A DNA stretch of 64,000 bases, taken from assembly GCF_003334255.1 (NCBI RefSeq), contig NZ_QOWU01000024.1, one strand, 5' to 3'. The number at the start of each line of letters is the position of its first letter. Position 1 is the first letter of the stretch. This document shows, piece by piece, positions 42,963 to 53,479 of this stretch. A model generated the notes under the pieces. It had not been told where the DNA came from, did not search any database, and saw only the letters and a program-made list of their open reading frames with translations. This DNA is from Escherichia coli (GTDB lineage: Bacteria > Pseudomonadota > Gammaproteobacteria > Enterobacterales > Enterobacteriaceae). The translations under genes were made by a program, and so were the position numbers.

Positions 42963-44621
42963 ATGTTGCAGCTTAACGAGAATAAACAGTTTGCATTTTT
43001 CCAAAGACTGGCATTTCCGCTGCGTATCTTTTTGCTGATTCTGGTGTTCTCAATATTTGTCATTGCAGCCCTGGCGCAATATTTTACGGCCAGTTTTGAG
43101 GACTATTTAACGCTTCATGTACGCGACATGGCAATGAATCAGGCGAAAATTATTGCCTCCAATGACAGTGTCATCTCTGCGGTGAAAACGCGTGACTACA
43201 AACGGCTGGCGACCATCGCTAACAAATTACAAAGAGATACCGATTTTGATTATGTGGTGATTGGGGACCGGCACTCGATCCGCCTTTACCATCCTAATCC
43301 GGAGAAAATTGGTTATCCTATGCAGTTCACCAAACAGGGCGCGCTGGAGAAAGGGGAGAGCTACTTCATTACCGGGAAAGGGTCAATGGGGATGGCGATG
43401 CGCGCCAAAACGCCAATCTTTGATGACGATGGAAAAGTCATCGGCGTGGTGTCGATTGGCTACCTGGTGAGTAAAATCGATAGCTGGCGGGCTGAGTTTT
43501 TATTACCGATGGCAGGTGTGTTTGTCGTGCTGTTAGGGATTCTGATGTTGCTGTCGTGGTTCCTGGCCGCGCATATCCGTCGGCAGATGATGGGCATGGA
43601 GCCAAAGCAAATCGCACGCGTGGTCCGTCAGCAAGAGGCGCTGTTTAGTTCGGTTTATGAAGGGCTGATTGCGGTGGATCCGCATGGTTACATTACCGCC
43701 ATCAATCGTAACGCAAGAAAGATGCTGGGGCTGAGTTCCCCCGGACGGCAATGGTTGGGTAAACCCATTGTTGAAGTGGTCAGGCCCGCCGATTTCTTTA
43801 CCGAACAGATTGATGAAAAACGTCAGGATGTGGTGGCGAACTTTAACGGTCTGAGCGTTATTGCCAACCGGGAAGCTATTCGTTCAGGTGATGATTTGCT
43901 GGGGGCCATTATCAGCTTTCGTAGTAAAGACGAAATTTCCACCCTCAATGCGCAACTGACGCAAATAAAACAATACGTTGAGAGCCTTCGTACATTGCGA
44001 CACGAGCATCTCAATTGGATGTCGACGCTCAATGGTCTGTTGCAGATGAAAGAGTATGATCGCGTGCTGGCGATGGTGCAGGGGGAGTCTCAGGCCCAGC
44101 AACAGCTTATTGACAGCCTGCGCGAGGCGTTTGCCGATCGCCAGGTGGCGGGGCTGCTTTTTGGTAAAGTGCAGCGCGCCCGGGAACTGGGGCTAAAAAT
44201 GATCATTGTCCCCGGTAGCCAGCTTTCGCAACTGCCGCCAGGACTGGATAGCACCGAGTTTGCAGCCATTGTGGGCAATTTACTTGATAACGCCTTCGAA
44301 GCCAGCCTGCGTAGCGATGAAGGAAACAAGATCGTTGAATTATTCCTCAGCGATGAAGGCGATGATGTGGTGATTGAAGTCGCCGATCAGGGCTGCGGCG
44401 TTCCAGAGTCTCTACGAGACAAAATATTTGAGCAGGGGGTCAGTACGCGTGCTGACGAGCCCGGTGAACATGGCATTGGGTTGTACTTGATTGCCAGCTA
44501 CGTAACGCGCTGCGGTGGTGTTATCACTCTCGAAGATAATGATCCCTGCGGTACCTTATTTTCAATCTATATTCCGAAAGTGAAACCTAATGACAGCTCC
44601 ATTAACCCTATTGATCGTTGA
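42963..44621 (+). CDS. citA: Citrate-sensing sensor histidine kinase
   Basis: Translation from MLQLNENKQFAFFQRLAFPLRIFLL (552 aa); two TM segments flanking a periplasmic domain, H-box LRHEHLN, ATPase G-boxes; also named dpiB. Confidence 0.93.
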   Translation: MLQLNENKQFAFFQRLAFPLRIFLLILVFSIFVIAALAQYFTASFEDYLTLHVRDMAMNQAKIIASNDSVISAVKTRDYKRLATIANKLQRDTDFDYVVIGDRHSIRLYHPNPEKIGYPMQFTKQGALEKGESYFITGKGSMGMAMRAKTPIFDDDGKVIGVVSIGYLVSKIDSWRAEFLLPMAGVFVVLLGILMLLSWFLAAHIRRQMMGMEPKQIARVVRQQEALFSSVYEGLIAVDPHGYITAINRNARKMLGLSSPGRQWLGKPIVEVVRPADFFTEQIDEKRQDVVANFNGLSVIANREAIRSGDDLLGAIISFRSKDEISTLNAQLTQIKQYVESLRTLRHEHLNWMSTLNGLLQMKEYDRVLAMVQGESQAQQQLIDSLREAFADRQVAGLLFGKVQRARELGLKMIIVPGSQLSQLPPGLDSTEFAAIVGNLLDNAFEASLRSDEGNKIVELFLSDEGDDVVIEVADQGCGVPESLRDKIFEQGVSTRADEPGEHGIGLYLIASYVTRCGGVITLEDNDPCGTLFSIYIPKVKPNDSSINPIDR

Positions 44622-45270
44622 GGACGAAACGCCGCTGGCAGAGATGCATGCGGAATATATTCGTCACATTCCCGGATTCAGTCAGATATTACTGGCGGGA
44701 AATCTGGCGCAGGCCCGAATGATGATCGAGCGTTTTAAGCCGGGGCTAATCTTGCTCGATAACTATCTTCCTGACGGTAGAGGGATTAATTTACTGCATG
44801 AACTGGTGCAGGCGCATTATCCCGGCGACGTGGTGTTTACCACTGCAGCCAGCGATATGGAAACGGTGTCTGAAGCCGTACGTTGTGGTGTATTTGATTA
44901 TCTCATTAAGCCCATTGCCTATGAACGGCTGGGGCAAACGCTAACCCGTTTCCGCCAGCGTAAACATATGCTGGAAAGTATTGATAGCGCCAGCCAGAAG
45001 CAAATTGATGAGATGTTTAATGCTTATGCTCGCGGTGAACCTAAGGACGAGCTACCGACCGGCATTGACCCCTTGACGCTAAACGCGGTGCGAAAACTGT
45101 TTAAAGAGCCTGGTGTGCAACATACGGCAGAAACGGTGGCGCAGGCACTGACCATCAGCCGCACCACTGCCAGGCGTTATCTTGAATATTGCGCCAGCCG
45201 CCATCTGATTATTGCTGAAATTGTTCACGGCAAAGTTGGCAGACCACAACGCATATACCACAGTGGGTGA
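44590..45270 (+). CDS. citB: Response regulator of citrate fermentation
   Basis: 226 aa MTAPLTLLIVEDETPLAEMHAEYI...; receiver domain plus C-terminal HTH; overlaps citA end by 32 nt; also named dpiA. Confidence 0.93.
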   Translation: MTAPLTLLIVEDETPLAEMHAEYIRHIPGFSQILLAGNLAQARMMIERFKPGLILLDNYLPDGRGINLLHELVQAHYPGDVVFTTAASDMETVSEAVRCGVFDYLIKPIAYERLGQTLTRFRQRKHMLESIDSASQKQIDEMFNAYARGEPKDELPTGIDPLTLNAVRKLFKEPGVQHTAETVAQALTISRTTARRYLEYCASRHLIIAEIVHGKVGRPQRIYHSG

Positions 45271-45310
45271 CATGATAAAGCCGGAGGAAACTTGCCTCCG
45301 GCATTACTAT

Positions 45311-46696
45311 TTACTTGCCTGTGACCGCTGCTGCCGTTCCTGGCACCATCAGCTCTGTAGCAACGATAACAATCACCAAACCAACAAGCACCGGTACCGA
45401 GGTGCGTTTTACGACTTCAAACGGCGAGATCTTCGCCATCCCGGCAACCGCAACGACTACGCCAGAAACGGGCGAAAGGGTACGGCCAAGGTTTGACGCC
45501 TGCAGCATCGGGATAGTCAAATACGCCGGGTTAATGCCGGAAGAGTGCGCCAGTTTCGGGATCATCTCAACAAACGCATAAAACGGCGCATTGCCTGAAC
45601 CGGTCGTGACTGCCGCCAGCATTGTCAGAATCACCAATACCAGCATCAGGATGATACTCGCCGAACCAAACGAGGTAGCGATAGAAATCAGACTTTGAAT
45701 AAAGCCGATGGTGCTAAGCCCCTGAGCGAATACCCCAGCGGCAACCAGCAGCATCACCACGTTAGCAAACGCATCTGCCATCCCGCGATAAGCCACTTCC
45801 AGACCAGAGAAAACTTTCTGGGTATTAAAGCTGCGGAGGAACTCCAGAATGGAGGCAATCAGCATACAAATCACCAGAATAGTGATGATGTGTAATTGCG
45901 GACCCCATTTACCGTCAAAAATCAGTACACCGATGATCGGCGTGAACGGCAAAATGGCATAAAACGCAGGAGCAGTGGTGGTGATTTCACTGACATCTAA
46001 CATTTCATGAGAGATGTGCTCTTTTTTATCCAGATAACGTTGCCAGAAGAAGTGGGCGATCGCCATGCCGATAATTGCAGCAATTGAGATAGGCAGCGTC
46101 GTTTTGAAGGCGAAGTCAATCAGCGACATTTCGGAAGCTTGCGCCGCCAGCACCACATCCCCTGAAGTCGGTGCGAGAATAATCGCCGCCGGGGAGGCAC
46201 AAATGGCAGCAGCTGCGCCACGACTGATACCAACGTTTACCATCACCGGAAATAGGGTTGCCATCAGCAAAACACCCAGACCGGTTGCGGAAGAGACGGC
46301 CAGAGACATCAGACAGGCGACAAAATAGGCGGCAATCATCAGCAGGTAAGGGGAGTTAATATACTGCAATGGTTTTGACGCCAGCTTGACCACCATATCA
46401 TTCGCGCCGATATGGGTCATGTAAGCGGCAAATCCACACAGCATCATAATCATCATGCCGAGGTCGCCGCCGCGGCTCATTAGTAATATTTTAACGTATT
46501 CAACGATATCCGTGGCGCTGTAGCCTGTTGAAGCCTGGCTGGACGGTAACACTTTGTGCCCCATAATGGCACTGATAATCAGCAATAACAGGCCACCGAT
46601 AAATAACACACCAGTGGCGGAATACCCTTTAATGATGTAGCGAGCTACACCCACAATAACCACAACCCCAATAAGGAGCTCAATGAATGTCAGCAT
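45311..46696 (-). CDS. dcuC: Anaerobic C4-dicarboxylate transporter
   Basis: 461 aa polytopic membrane protein recognised as DcuC; intact, not interrupted by any IS element. Confidence 0.93.
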   Translation of the reverse strand: MLTFIELLIGVVVIVGVARYIIKGYSATGVLFIGGLLLLIISAIMGHKVLPSSQASTGYSATDIVEYVKILLMSRGGDLGMMIMMLCGFAAYMTHIGANDMVVKLASKPLQYINSPYLLMIAAYFVACLMSLAVSSATGLGVLLMATLFPVMVNVGISRGAAAAICASPAAIILAPTSGDVVLAAQASEMSLIDFAFKTTLPISIAAIIGMAIAHFFWQRYLDKKEHISHEMLDVSEITTTAPAFYAILPFTPIIGVLIFDGKWGPQLHIITILVICMLIASILEFLRSFNTQKVFSGLEVAYRGMADAFANVVMLLVAAGVFAQGLSTIGFIQSLISIATSFGSASIILMLVLVILTMLAAVTTGSGNAPFYAFVEMIPKLAHSSGINPAYLTIPMLQASNLGRTLSPVSGVVVAVAGMAKISPFEVVKRTSVPVLVGLVIVIVATELMVPGTAAAVTGK

Positions 46697-47284
46697 AATT
46701 TTTCCTGTCTCCAGGCCCCAAAGTAAATAATAAAAAATTCCTAAAGCTTAAGGAAAAAATATGCCCAATAAATTGGCGATGAATGCTGATTAAAATCAAG
46801 AAAAACTGCCATTAAGACATTGAAGTTGCTGTTTTTATACATAGATAACAAAACGCATATTTAGCGGTTGGCAATTATCACATAATAATGTGTGCAAATT
46901 GATGGTGGATTGATGCAAATTTGTTAATTGCAATGGTGTTAGCTGCGGCTGTGCGCTCAAAAAATAATCTAATATGAGCATAGGTTGACGATATATATTA
47001 TATACTTCGTTAAGATGATTGTTGTATCTCGTTAAAAAATAAAATAATTTTTCCTTGATTGCATTTTGTCATCAAAAAAGACTTGGTTTTTCTTTTTTGA
47101 CTATTCCCATCGCAGAAAACGACGCATCATCTTTAATCGATGCGCGGAAATATTTAACTTGAACAAGCGGAAATAAATAGAGCAGCTATTCAGATTATTC
47201 TTTATGTTGGGTCTATTAAGGTTATGTTAATTGTAGCTTTGCTATGCTAGTAGTAGATTTTTGATAAATGTTTTATGGTCACAA

Positions 47285-47845
47285 ATGAACGTGAGTAAAT
47301 ATGTCGCTATCTTTTCCTTTGTTTTTATTCAGTTAATCAGCGTTGGTAAAGTTTTTGCTAACGCAGATGAGTGGATGACAACGTTTAGAGAAAATATTGC
47401 ACAAACCTGGCAACAGCCTGAACATTATGATTTATATATTCCTGCCATCACCTGGCATGCACGTTTCGCTTACGACAAAGAAAAAACCGATCGCTATAAC
47501 GAGCGACCGTGGGGTGGCGGTTTTGGCCTGTCGCGTTGGGATGAAAAAGGAAACTGGCATGGCCTGTATGCCATGGCATTTAAGGACTCGTGGAACAAAT
47601 GGGAACCGATTGCCGGATACGGATGGGAAAGTACCTGGCGACCGCTGGCGGATGAAAATTTTCATTTAGGTCTGGGATTCACCGCTGGCGTAACGGCACG
47701 CGATAACTGGAATTACATCCCTCTCCCGGTTCTACTGCCATTGGCCTCCGTGGGTTATGGCCCAGTGACTTTTCAGATGACCTACATTCCGGGTACCTAC
47801 AACAATGGCAATGTGTACTTTGCCTGGATGCGCTTTCAGTTTTGA
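47285..47845 (+). CDS. pagP: Lipid A palmitoyltransferase (outer membrane beta-barrel)
   Basis: Translation from [30 protein letters not shown] (186 aa); ends in the aromatic C-terminus RFQF. Confidence 0.93.
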   Translation: MNVSKYVAIFSFVFIQLISVGKVFANADEWMTTFRENIAQTWQQPEHYDLYIPAITWHARFAYDKEKTDRYNERPWGGGFGLSRWDEKGNWHGLYAMAFKDSWNKWEPIAGYGWESTWRPLADENFHLGLGFTAGVTARDNWNYIPLPVLLPLASVGYGPVTFQMTYIPGTYNNGNVYFAWMRFQF

Positions 47846-48019
47846 GACAAATGAAGTTTTAGTAACTTCTTTAAAATCAATAGCTAAAATAAGTAACATC
47901 AAAAATAACGCGACTTTTATCACTTTTTAGTAAAGTTACACTGGACAAAGCGTACCACAATTGGTGTACTGGTAACCGACACAGCATTTGTGTCTATTTT
48001 TCATGTAAAGGTAATTTTG

Positions 48020-48229
48020 ATGTCTAAGATTAAAGGTAACGTTAAGTGGTTTAATGAGTCCAAAGGATTCGGTTTCATTACTCCGGAAGACGGCAGCAAA
48101 GACGTGTTCGTACACTTCTCTGCAATCCAGACTAATGGTTTTAAAACTCTTGCTGAAGGTCAGCGCGTAGAGTTCGAAATCACTAACGGTGCCAAAGGCC
48201 CTTCTGCTGCAAACGTAATCGCTCTGTAA
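48020..48229 (+). CDS. cspE: Cold shock-like protein E
   Basis: Translation [37 protein letters not shown]... (69 aa); RNP motifs KGFGFI and VFVHF. Confidence 0.97.
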
Positions 48230-48249
48230 GATACGTCAGCAAGAATTCA

Positions 48250-48277
48250 AAACCCGCTTAATCAGCGGGTTTTTTTT
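48250..48277. terminator. Bidirectional rho-independent terminator between cspE and crcB
   Basis: aaaacccgcttaatcagcgggtttttttt: stem cccgc/gcggg flanked by A-run and T-run. Confidence 0.8.
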
Positions 48278-48282
48278 GGTCT

Positions 48283-48666
48283 TTAGTGTGCGGTTGAGGC
48301 CGAAAACAGCCAGAATGCCAGTGCGGTCATGGCAAAAGACCCCAGAAGGTTGACGAAAACGTTCAGTAATGCCCAGCCAAAGCGGCCCTCTTGTAACAAA
48401 AACACCACTTCTGCCGAAAATGTTGAGAAGGTTGTTAGACCGCCACAAAATCCGGTGGTGATTAATACTTTCCACACTGGATCAATGTTCGTCATCCTGC
48501 TGAACCATGCGAATCCTATTCCTATGATGAATGCCCCAATCAGGTTTGCTGTCAGCGTCCCCAACGGAATCGCCTGATGCAGTGGGTTAAATCGCATACT
48601 TAACAGCCATCTCGCCACGCTTCCCGTACCACCGCCAATAAAAACTGCTAAAAGAAGTTGTAACAC
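48283..48666 (-). CDS. crcB: Fluoride channel (Fluc family)
   Basis: 127 aa [27 protein letters not shown]... recognised as CrcB/FluC. Confidence 0.93.
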   Translation of the reverse strand: MLQLLLAVFIGGGTGSVARWLLSMRFNPLHQAIPLGTLTANLIGAFIIGIGFAWFSRMTNIDPVWKVLITTGFCGGLTTFSTFSAEVVFLLQEGRFGWALLNVFVNLLGSFAMTALAFWLFSASTAH

Positions 48667-48752
48667 TGCAAAATCCTGCTATTTGATTTGTATGAGTGAT
48701 AAGTGTAACGCCGAATAATCGTCGTTGGCGAATTTTACGACTCTGACAGGAG

Positions 48753-49546
48753 GTGGCAATGCTGGTTGCCGCAGGACAGTTTGCTGTTACATCTGTGTGG
48801 GAAAAGAACGCTGAGATTTGTGCCTCGTTGATGGCGCAGGCGGCGGAAAACGACGTATCGCTGTTTGTCCTGCCGGAAGCATTGCTGGCGCGCGATGATC
48901 ATGATGCAGATCTATCGGTTAAATCAGCACAGCTGCTGGAAGGCGAATTCCTCGGACTTTACGGCGAGAAAGTAAACGTAACATGATGACGACAATTCTG
49001 ACGATTCATGTTCCTTCAACGCCGGGGCGCGCATGGAATATGCTGGTGGCACTTCAGGCAGGAAACATCGTCGCCCGTTATGCCAAACTGCATCTCTATG
49101 ATGCATTTGCCATTCAGGAATCACGCCGTGTTGATGCTGGTAATGAAATCGCTCCGTTACTGGAGGTGGAAGGGATGAAGGTCGGTCTGATGACCTGTTA
49201 TGACTTACGCTTTCCAGAGCTGGCGCTGGCACAGGCATTACAGGGAGCTGAAATCCTGGTACTTCCTGCCGCCTGGGTTCGCGGGCCGCTCAAAGAGCAT
49301 CACTGGTCAACGTTGCTTGCCGCTCGTGCGCTGGATACCACCTGTTATATGGTGGCGGCGGGGGAGTGCGGGAACAAAAATATCGGTCAAAGCCGGATTA
49401 TAGATCCCTTTGGCGTCACCATTGCGGCAGCGTCAGAAATGCCTGCACTCATTATGGCGGAAGTGACGCCCGAACGTGTGCGTCAGGTGCGCGCGCAACT
49501 GCCCGTCTTAAACAACCGTCGCTTTGCGCCGCCGCAATTATTATGA
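48753..49546 (+). pseudogene. ybeM: C-N hydrolase (nitrilase superfamily) amidase gene split by a frameshift into 77-aa and 187-aa ORFs
   Basis: ORF 48753-48986 ends at TGA 48984-48986; the continuation ([12 protein letters not shown]... through [11 protein letters not shown]... and the conserved Cys region) lies in a different frame from 48983; the two pieces together resemble one ~260 aa C-N hydrolase. Confidence 0.75.
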
Positions 49547-49674
49547 TGTTTTTTTACTCGGCGCTTGATTCACCTTGTTACAGATTGCTATTGTGTGCGC
49601 GCGTCGAATGACCGTTAATATTCTCTGGTTTTTAAGGCGCGTTCTGTTGCCGGTTATATGTCAAGAAGGTATCT

Positions 49675-49878
49675 ATGGGTGAGATTAGTATTACCAAACT
49701 GCTGGTAGTTGCGGCGCTGGTCGTTCTGCTGTTTGGGACTAAGAAGTTACGTACGCTGGGCGGAGACCTTGGAGCGGCCATTAAAGGGTTCAAGAAGGCG
49801 ATGAATGATGACGATGCTGCGGCGAAAAAAGGCGCAGACGTTGATCTTCAGGCTGAAAAGCTCTCTCATAAAGAGTGA
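49675..49878 (+). CDS. tatE: Sec-independent protein translocase subunit (TatA paralogue)
   Basis: 67 aa [43 protein letters not shown]... Confidence 0.95.
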   Translation: MGEISITKLLVVAALVVLLFGTKKLRTLGGDLGAAIKGFKKAMNDDDAAAKKGADVDLQAEKLSHKE

Positions 49879-49918
49879 CGTGGCGAGCAGGACGCTCCCT
49901 CAATATCTTGTTCGATAC

Positions 49919-49950
49919 AAAAAACCCGCTTCAAAAAGCGGGTTTTTTAT
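49919..49950. terminator. Bidirectional rho-independent terminator between tatE and lipA
   Basis: aaaaacccgcttcaaaaagcgggttttttat. Confidence 0.8.
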
Positions 49951-49978
49951 CAGACAGATGTAAGTAATTATTACAGGA

Positions 49979-50944
49979 TTACTTAACTTCCATCCCTTTC
50001 GCCTGCAAATCGGCGTGGTAAGAAGAGCGGACAAACGGACCGCATGCAGCATGGGTAAAGCCCATCGCCAGCGCTTCGGCTTTCATTTCGTCGAACTCAT
50101 CCGGGCTAACGTAACGTTGAACCGGCAGGTGATGGCGGCTTGGCTGCAAATATTGCCCCAGCGTTAACATCGTCACACCATGACGGCGCAGGTCGCGCAT
50201 TACCTCAATAATTTCTTCATTGGTTTCACCCAGTCCCACCATCAGACCAGACTTGGTCGGGATTTCCGGATGCGCTTCTTTAAAGCGTTCCAGCAGCTTC
50301 AGCGACCAGTTGTAATCTGCACCAGGCCGTACCTGACGGTAAATACGCGGTACGTTTTCCAGGTTATGGTTGAACACATCTGGTGGCGTTGCAGTCAGAA
50401 TATCCAGAGCACGATCCATACGACCGCGGAAATCCGGCACCAGAGTTTCAATTTTGATTTGCGGGCTTTTTTCCCGAATGGCAGTAATGCAATCCGCAAA
50501 GTGCTGGGCACCGCCATCGCGCAGGTCATCACGGTCAACGGAGGTGATAACCACATAACGCAGCGCCATATCGGCAATGGTCTGCGCCAGTTTCACTGGT
50601 TCATTGGCATCAGGAGCTACCGGGCGACCGTGGGCAACATCACAGAACGGACAACGGCGGGTACAAATAGCGCCGAGGATCATAAACGTTGCTGTGCCGT
50701 GGTTGAAGCATTCCGCCAGGTTAGGGCAGGAGGCTTCCTCGCAGACAGAATGCAGGCCATTTTTGCGCATTGCGGCTTTGATGCCCTGGATACGTGTAGA
50801 GTCCGCTGGAAGCTTGATTTTCATCCATTCCGGCTTGCGCAGCAGGGCTTCGCGCTCTGTTGCCACGTTTTTAACCGGGATAAGGGCCATCTTATCGGCA
50901 TCGCGGTATTTAACACCGCGTTCCATCACAATGGGTTTACTCAT
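49979..50944 (-). CDS. lipA: Lipoyl synthase (radical SAM)
   Basis: 321 aa; Fe-S cysteine motifs [12 protein letters not shown] and CTRRCPFC; recognised as LipA. Confidence 0.96.
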
Positions 50945-51152
50945 AGCGTGCGTGTTCCAGTTGCGAATTACGAAGGAAAGCGTTTCAATTCAATAGATTG
51001 TTGTAATTATCAACTATTTTTGAATTAACGACTGGCAGTATATCATTGAAACGGACCTGAAAGCAGCCAAAGCGGTCGCGAAAATGTAAAATTGTTGTTG
51101 GATTGTGCCATTTTATCGTTCTGCGCTGTGATCTGGCTGTAACAATACTTTT

Positions 51153-52106
51153 TCAAAATGCATTACGGATAACATCTATTACTCCGTGCAGGATGGGATC
51201 ACGCAGGCTGAATTTGTTGTAGTGGATAGAGAAATCTATTTGCTCCTCATTTAAGGACGGAAAAGGCAGTTTTTCCAGCGGCCAGCAGCGGCTAAACAGG
51301 TTATAAAAACGGCTGGGAATAATCGCTAACATGTCACTGTTGGCAACCAGTGCAGCGATTGTCAAAATGTTGTAGCTGGTGAAATTGATTTGCCGGTCCG
51401 GAAACATTTCTTGAACTCTCTGCCGCAGACCGCTGAAATTTTGCTCTTCCGGTAACAGAAGTACATGCGCAGCGTTGTCGATAGTCTCTCTGTCATCTTC
51501 TAAAGAGAGTAGTGGATTTCCCTCGCGGCAAATTAACACCATATTGTCGGTGAACAGAACATGATGTTGCACCGTACGATTGGTGCAAAACATGTTATCG
51601 ATGATGAGATCGGTTTGAAACTGACTGAGTTGGTTTTCCGCGTCGCTGATGGGCGGGTTGCGCAGTAAAAGCTGCGGATAGTGAGTTTTAATCGCCCGAT
51701 AGATGACAGGAAGGACCAGTGCTCCGACCGAGGGAGTGGTCGCAATAGTTATCGTTCGTTGCTTATCATAGCTTCCTTCGATATCCAGCGCGCCAAGAAT
51801 GGACTCAAGGCCCTGACTGATATACTCATGTAGATGCATCGCAAATGCGGTAGGAGTGACACCCTGGCCTTTGCGAATAAACAATGGGTCAGGGAATATA
51901 ACGCGCAGTTTCTGAATAGACTGACTGATTGCCGAGGGGGTCAGATTAAGCACTTTCGCTGCATTAACGATCCCTTTATGTACATATACAGCTTCAAAAA
52001 TAGTCAGAAGGTTAAGATCAATATTTCGTAAGGTTGTAAATATTTGTGGTTTACCTTCTGACGACTTTCTGCTTAAACAGGGTTCAATTTGATTATTACT
52101 ATCCAC
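51153..52106 (-). CDS. ybeF: LysR-family transcriptional regulator
   Basis: 317 aa with N-terminal HTH (AAKVLNLTPSAISQSIQKLR); recognised as YbeF; true start may be downstream of the track start. Confidence 0.85.
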   Translation of the reverse strand: MDSNNQIEPCLSRKSSEGKPQIFTTLRNIDLNLLTIFEAVYVHKGIVNAAKVLNLTPSAISQSIQKLRVIFPDPLFIRKGQGVTPTAFAMHLHEYISQGLESILGALDIEGSYDKQRTITIATTPSVGALVLPVIYRAIKTHYPQLLLRNPPISDAENQLSQFQTDLIIDNMFCTNRTVQHHVLFTDNMVLICREGNPLLSLEDDRETIDNAAHVLLLPEEQNFSGLRQRVQEMFPDRQINFTSYNILTIAALVANSDMLAIIPSRFYNLFSRCWPLEKLPFPSLNEEQIDFSIHYNKFSLRDPILHGVIDVIRNAF

Positions 52107-52364
52107 GCACTTACTCCAATTTTATTCATGGAAAAATAATATTTAAAAAATTACAATAATCTTATGTCTAATTGGAACGGAACGCTTTTGCTCACCATAA
52201 TCAACTATTTCAATAGGTTAATCAATGGGGTGAGTTACGGAGCAAGGCGTGGCACCGCATTTCTGCAAGTGATAAAGAAAATATACAAACGCGAAGGAGA
52301 TGTAAAGCATTAGCAGATATTATGAGTAATGACCCAGTGTAAATTGGGCCATTGATGTATGGAA

Positions 52365-53006
52365 TTAAGCGGTAATATATTCGAAGTCCGGATTGTTTAG
52401 TAGCGCTAAAATATTTTCCAGTAAACGTGGAGCAATATTATTAGTCGTCGCTTCGGGTTTCCATTGTGATATTTTAGCCATTTCCATTCCGGCATACCCA
52501 CAAGGATTAATACGTAAAAATGGTGAAAGATCCATATTGACGTTTAATGCCAGACCGTGGAATGAACAACCGCGTCGAATACGTAAACCCAGTGAGCAAA
52601 TTTTCTTTTCCCCAACATAGACACCTGGCGCGTCAGCCCGAGGATGCGCTTCTATACCCAGTTCAGCCAGGGTATTCACCACTGTTTGCTCAAGCAAGGT
52701 CACCAGTTCACGCACACCGAGTTTACGGCGTTTCAGGTTAAGCAACACATACATCACCTGTTGCCCCGGCCCGTGATAAGTCACCTGCCCACCGCGATCG
52801 CTCTGGATCACCGGAATATCACCCGGCATTAAAATGTGCTCCGCTTTTCCTGCCTGACCTTGGGTGAATACCGGATAGTGCTCGACCAGCCAGATTTCAT
52901 CAAGGGTACTATCATCGCGGGTATCGGTGAATTCATGCATAGCCTGGGAGATTGGCTCGTAAGGCTGAAGACCGAGCTGGCGGACAAGAATTTTATCCTG
53001 ATACAA
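52365..53006 (-). CDS. lipB: Octanoyl-[ACP]:protein N-octanoyltransferase
   Basis: 213 aa [26 protein letters not shown]... recognised as LipB. Confidence 0.93.
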
Positions 53007-53106
53007 AACGGCATCTCCGTGGAGAATGAGTAAAAGTGGGGGAAAAGTATATCACAGCGAGGAGAGGGGAGTTACCCGACCAGGAGCCGGGTAACGGAGA
53101 AGCGAG

Positions 53107-53370
53107 TTACAGAACCATGCGGACAATATCGATTTTGCCCAGTTCTTCATACAGTGTTTCAACCTGCTCGATATGAGTGGCGTTGATAGTGATAGATACC
53201 GAGTGGTAGTTGCCTTTGCTGCTTGGTTTTACCGTTGGGGTGTAGTCACCTGGCGCATGGCGCTGTACCACTTCAACCACCTGATCAACCAGCTCAGGTA
53301 ACGCCTGCCCCATAACTTTGTAAGTAAAAGGAGTAGGGAATTCAAGCAGTTCGTTAAGTTTGGTTTTCAT
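53107..53370 (-). CDS. ybeD: UPF0250 family protein
   Basis: 87 aa [30 protein letters not shown]... recognised as YbeD. Confidence 0.92.
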
Positions 53371-53400
53371 GTCAGCTCCGGCGTAACGTAATTAAATAGC

Positions 53401-53429
53401 AACTCCCGCCAGAAGGCGGGAGTTTTTTA
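53401..53429 (-). terminator. Hairpin downstream of dacA (probable terminator)
   Basis: aactcccgccagaaggcgggagtttttt: stem ctcccgcc/ggcgggag; T-run on the + strand, A-run before and T-rich sequence after on the - strand. Confidence 0.5.
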
Positions 53430-53479
53430 CTGATGCTTAGTATATGGGGACGGAAATTACACTTTCAAGTGTTTAATTT

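Noticed and set aside
48667-48752. Possible fluoride riboswitch upstream of crcB
   Set aside because: crcB genes are often preceded by a fluoride riboswitch, but I could not recognise the conserved crcB-motif pseudoknot elements in this 86 bp, and to my recollection E. coli crcB lacks one. A covariance-model scan (Rfam crcB motif) would settle it.
50180-51028. 282-aa ORF on the plus strand
   Set aside because: Antisense to lipA; shadow ORF.
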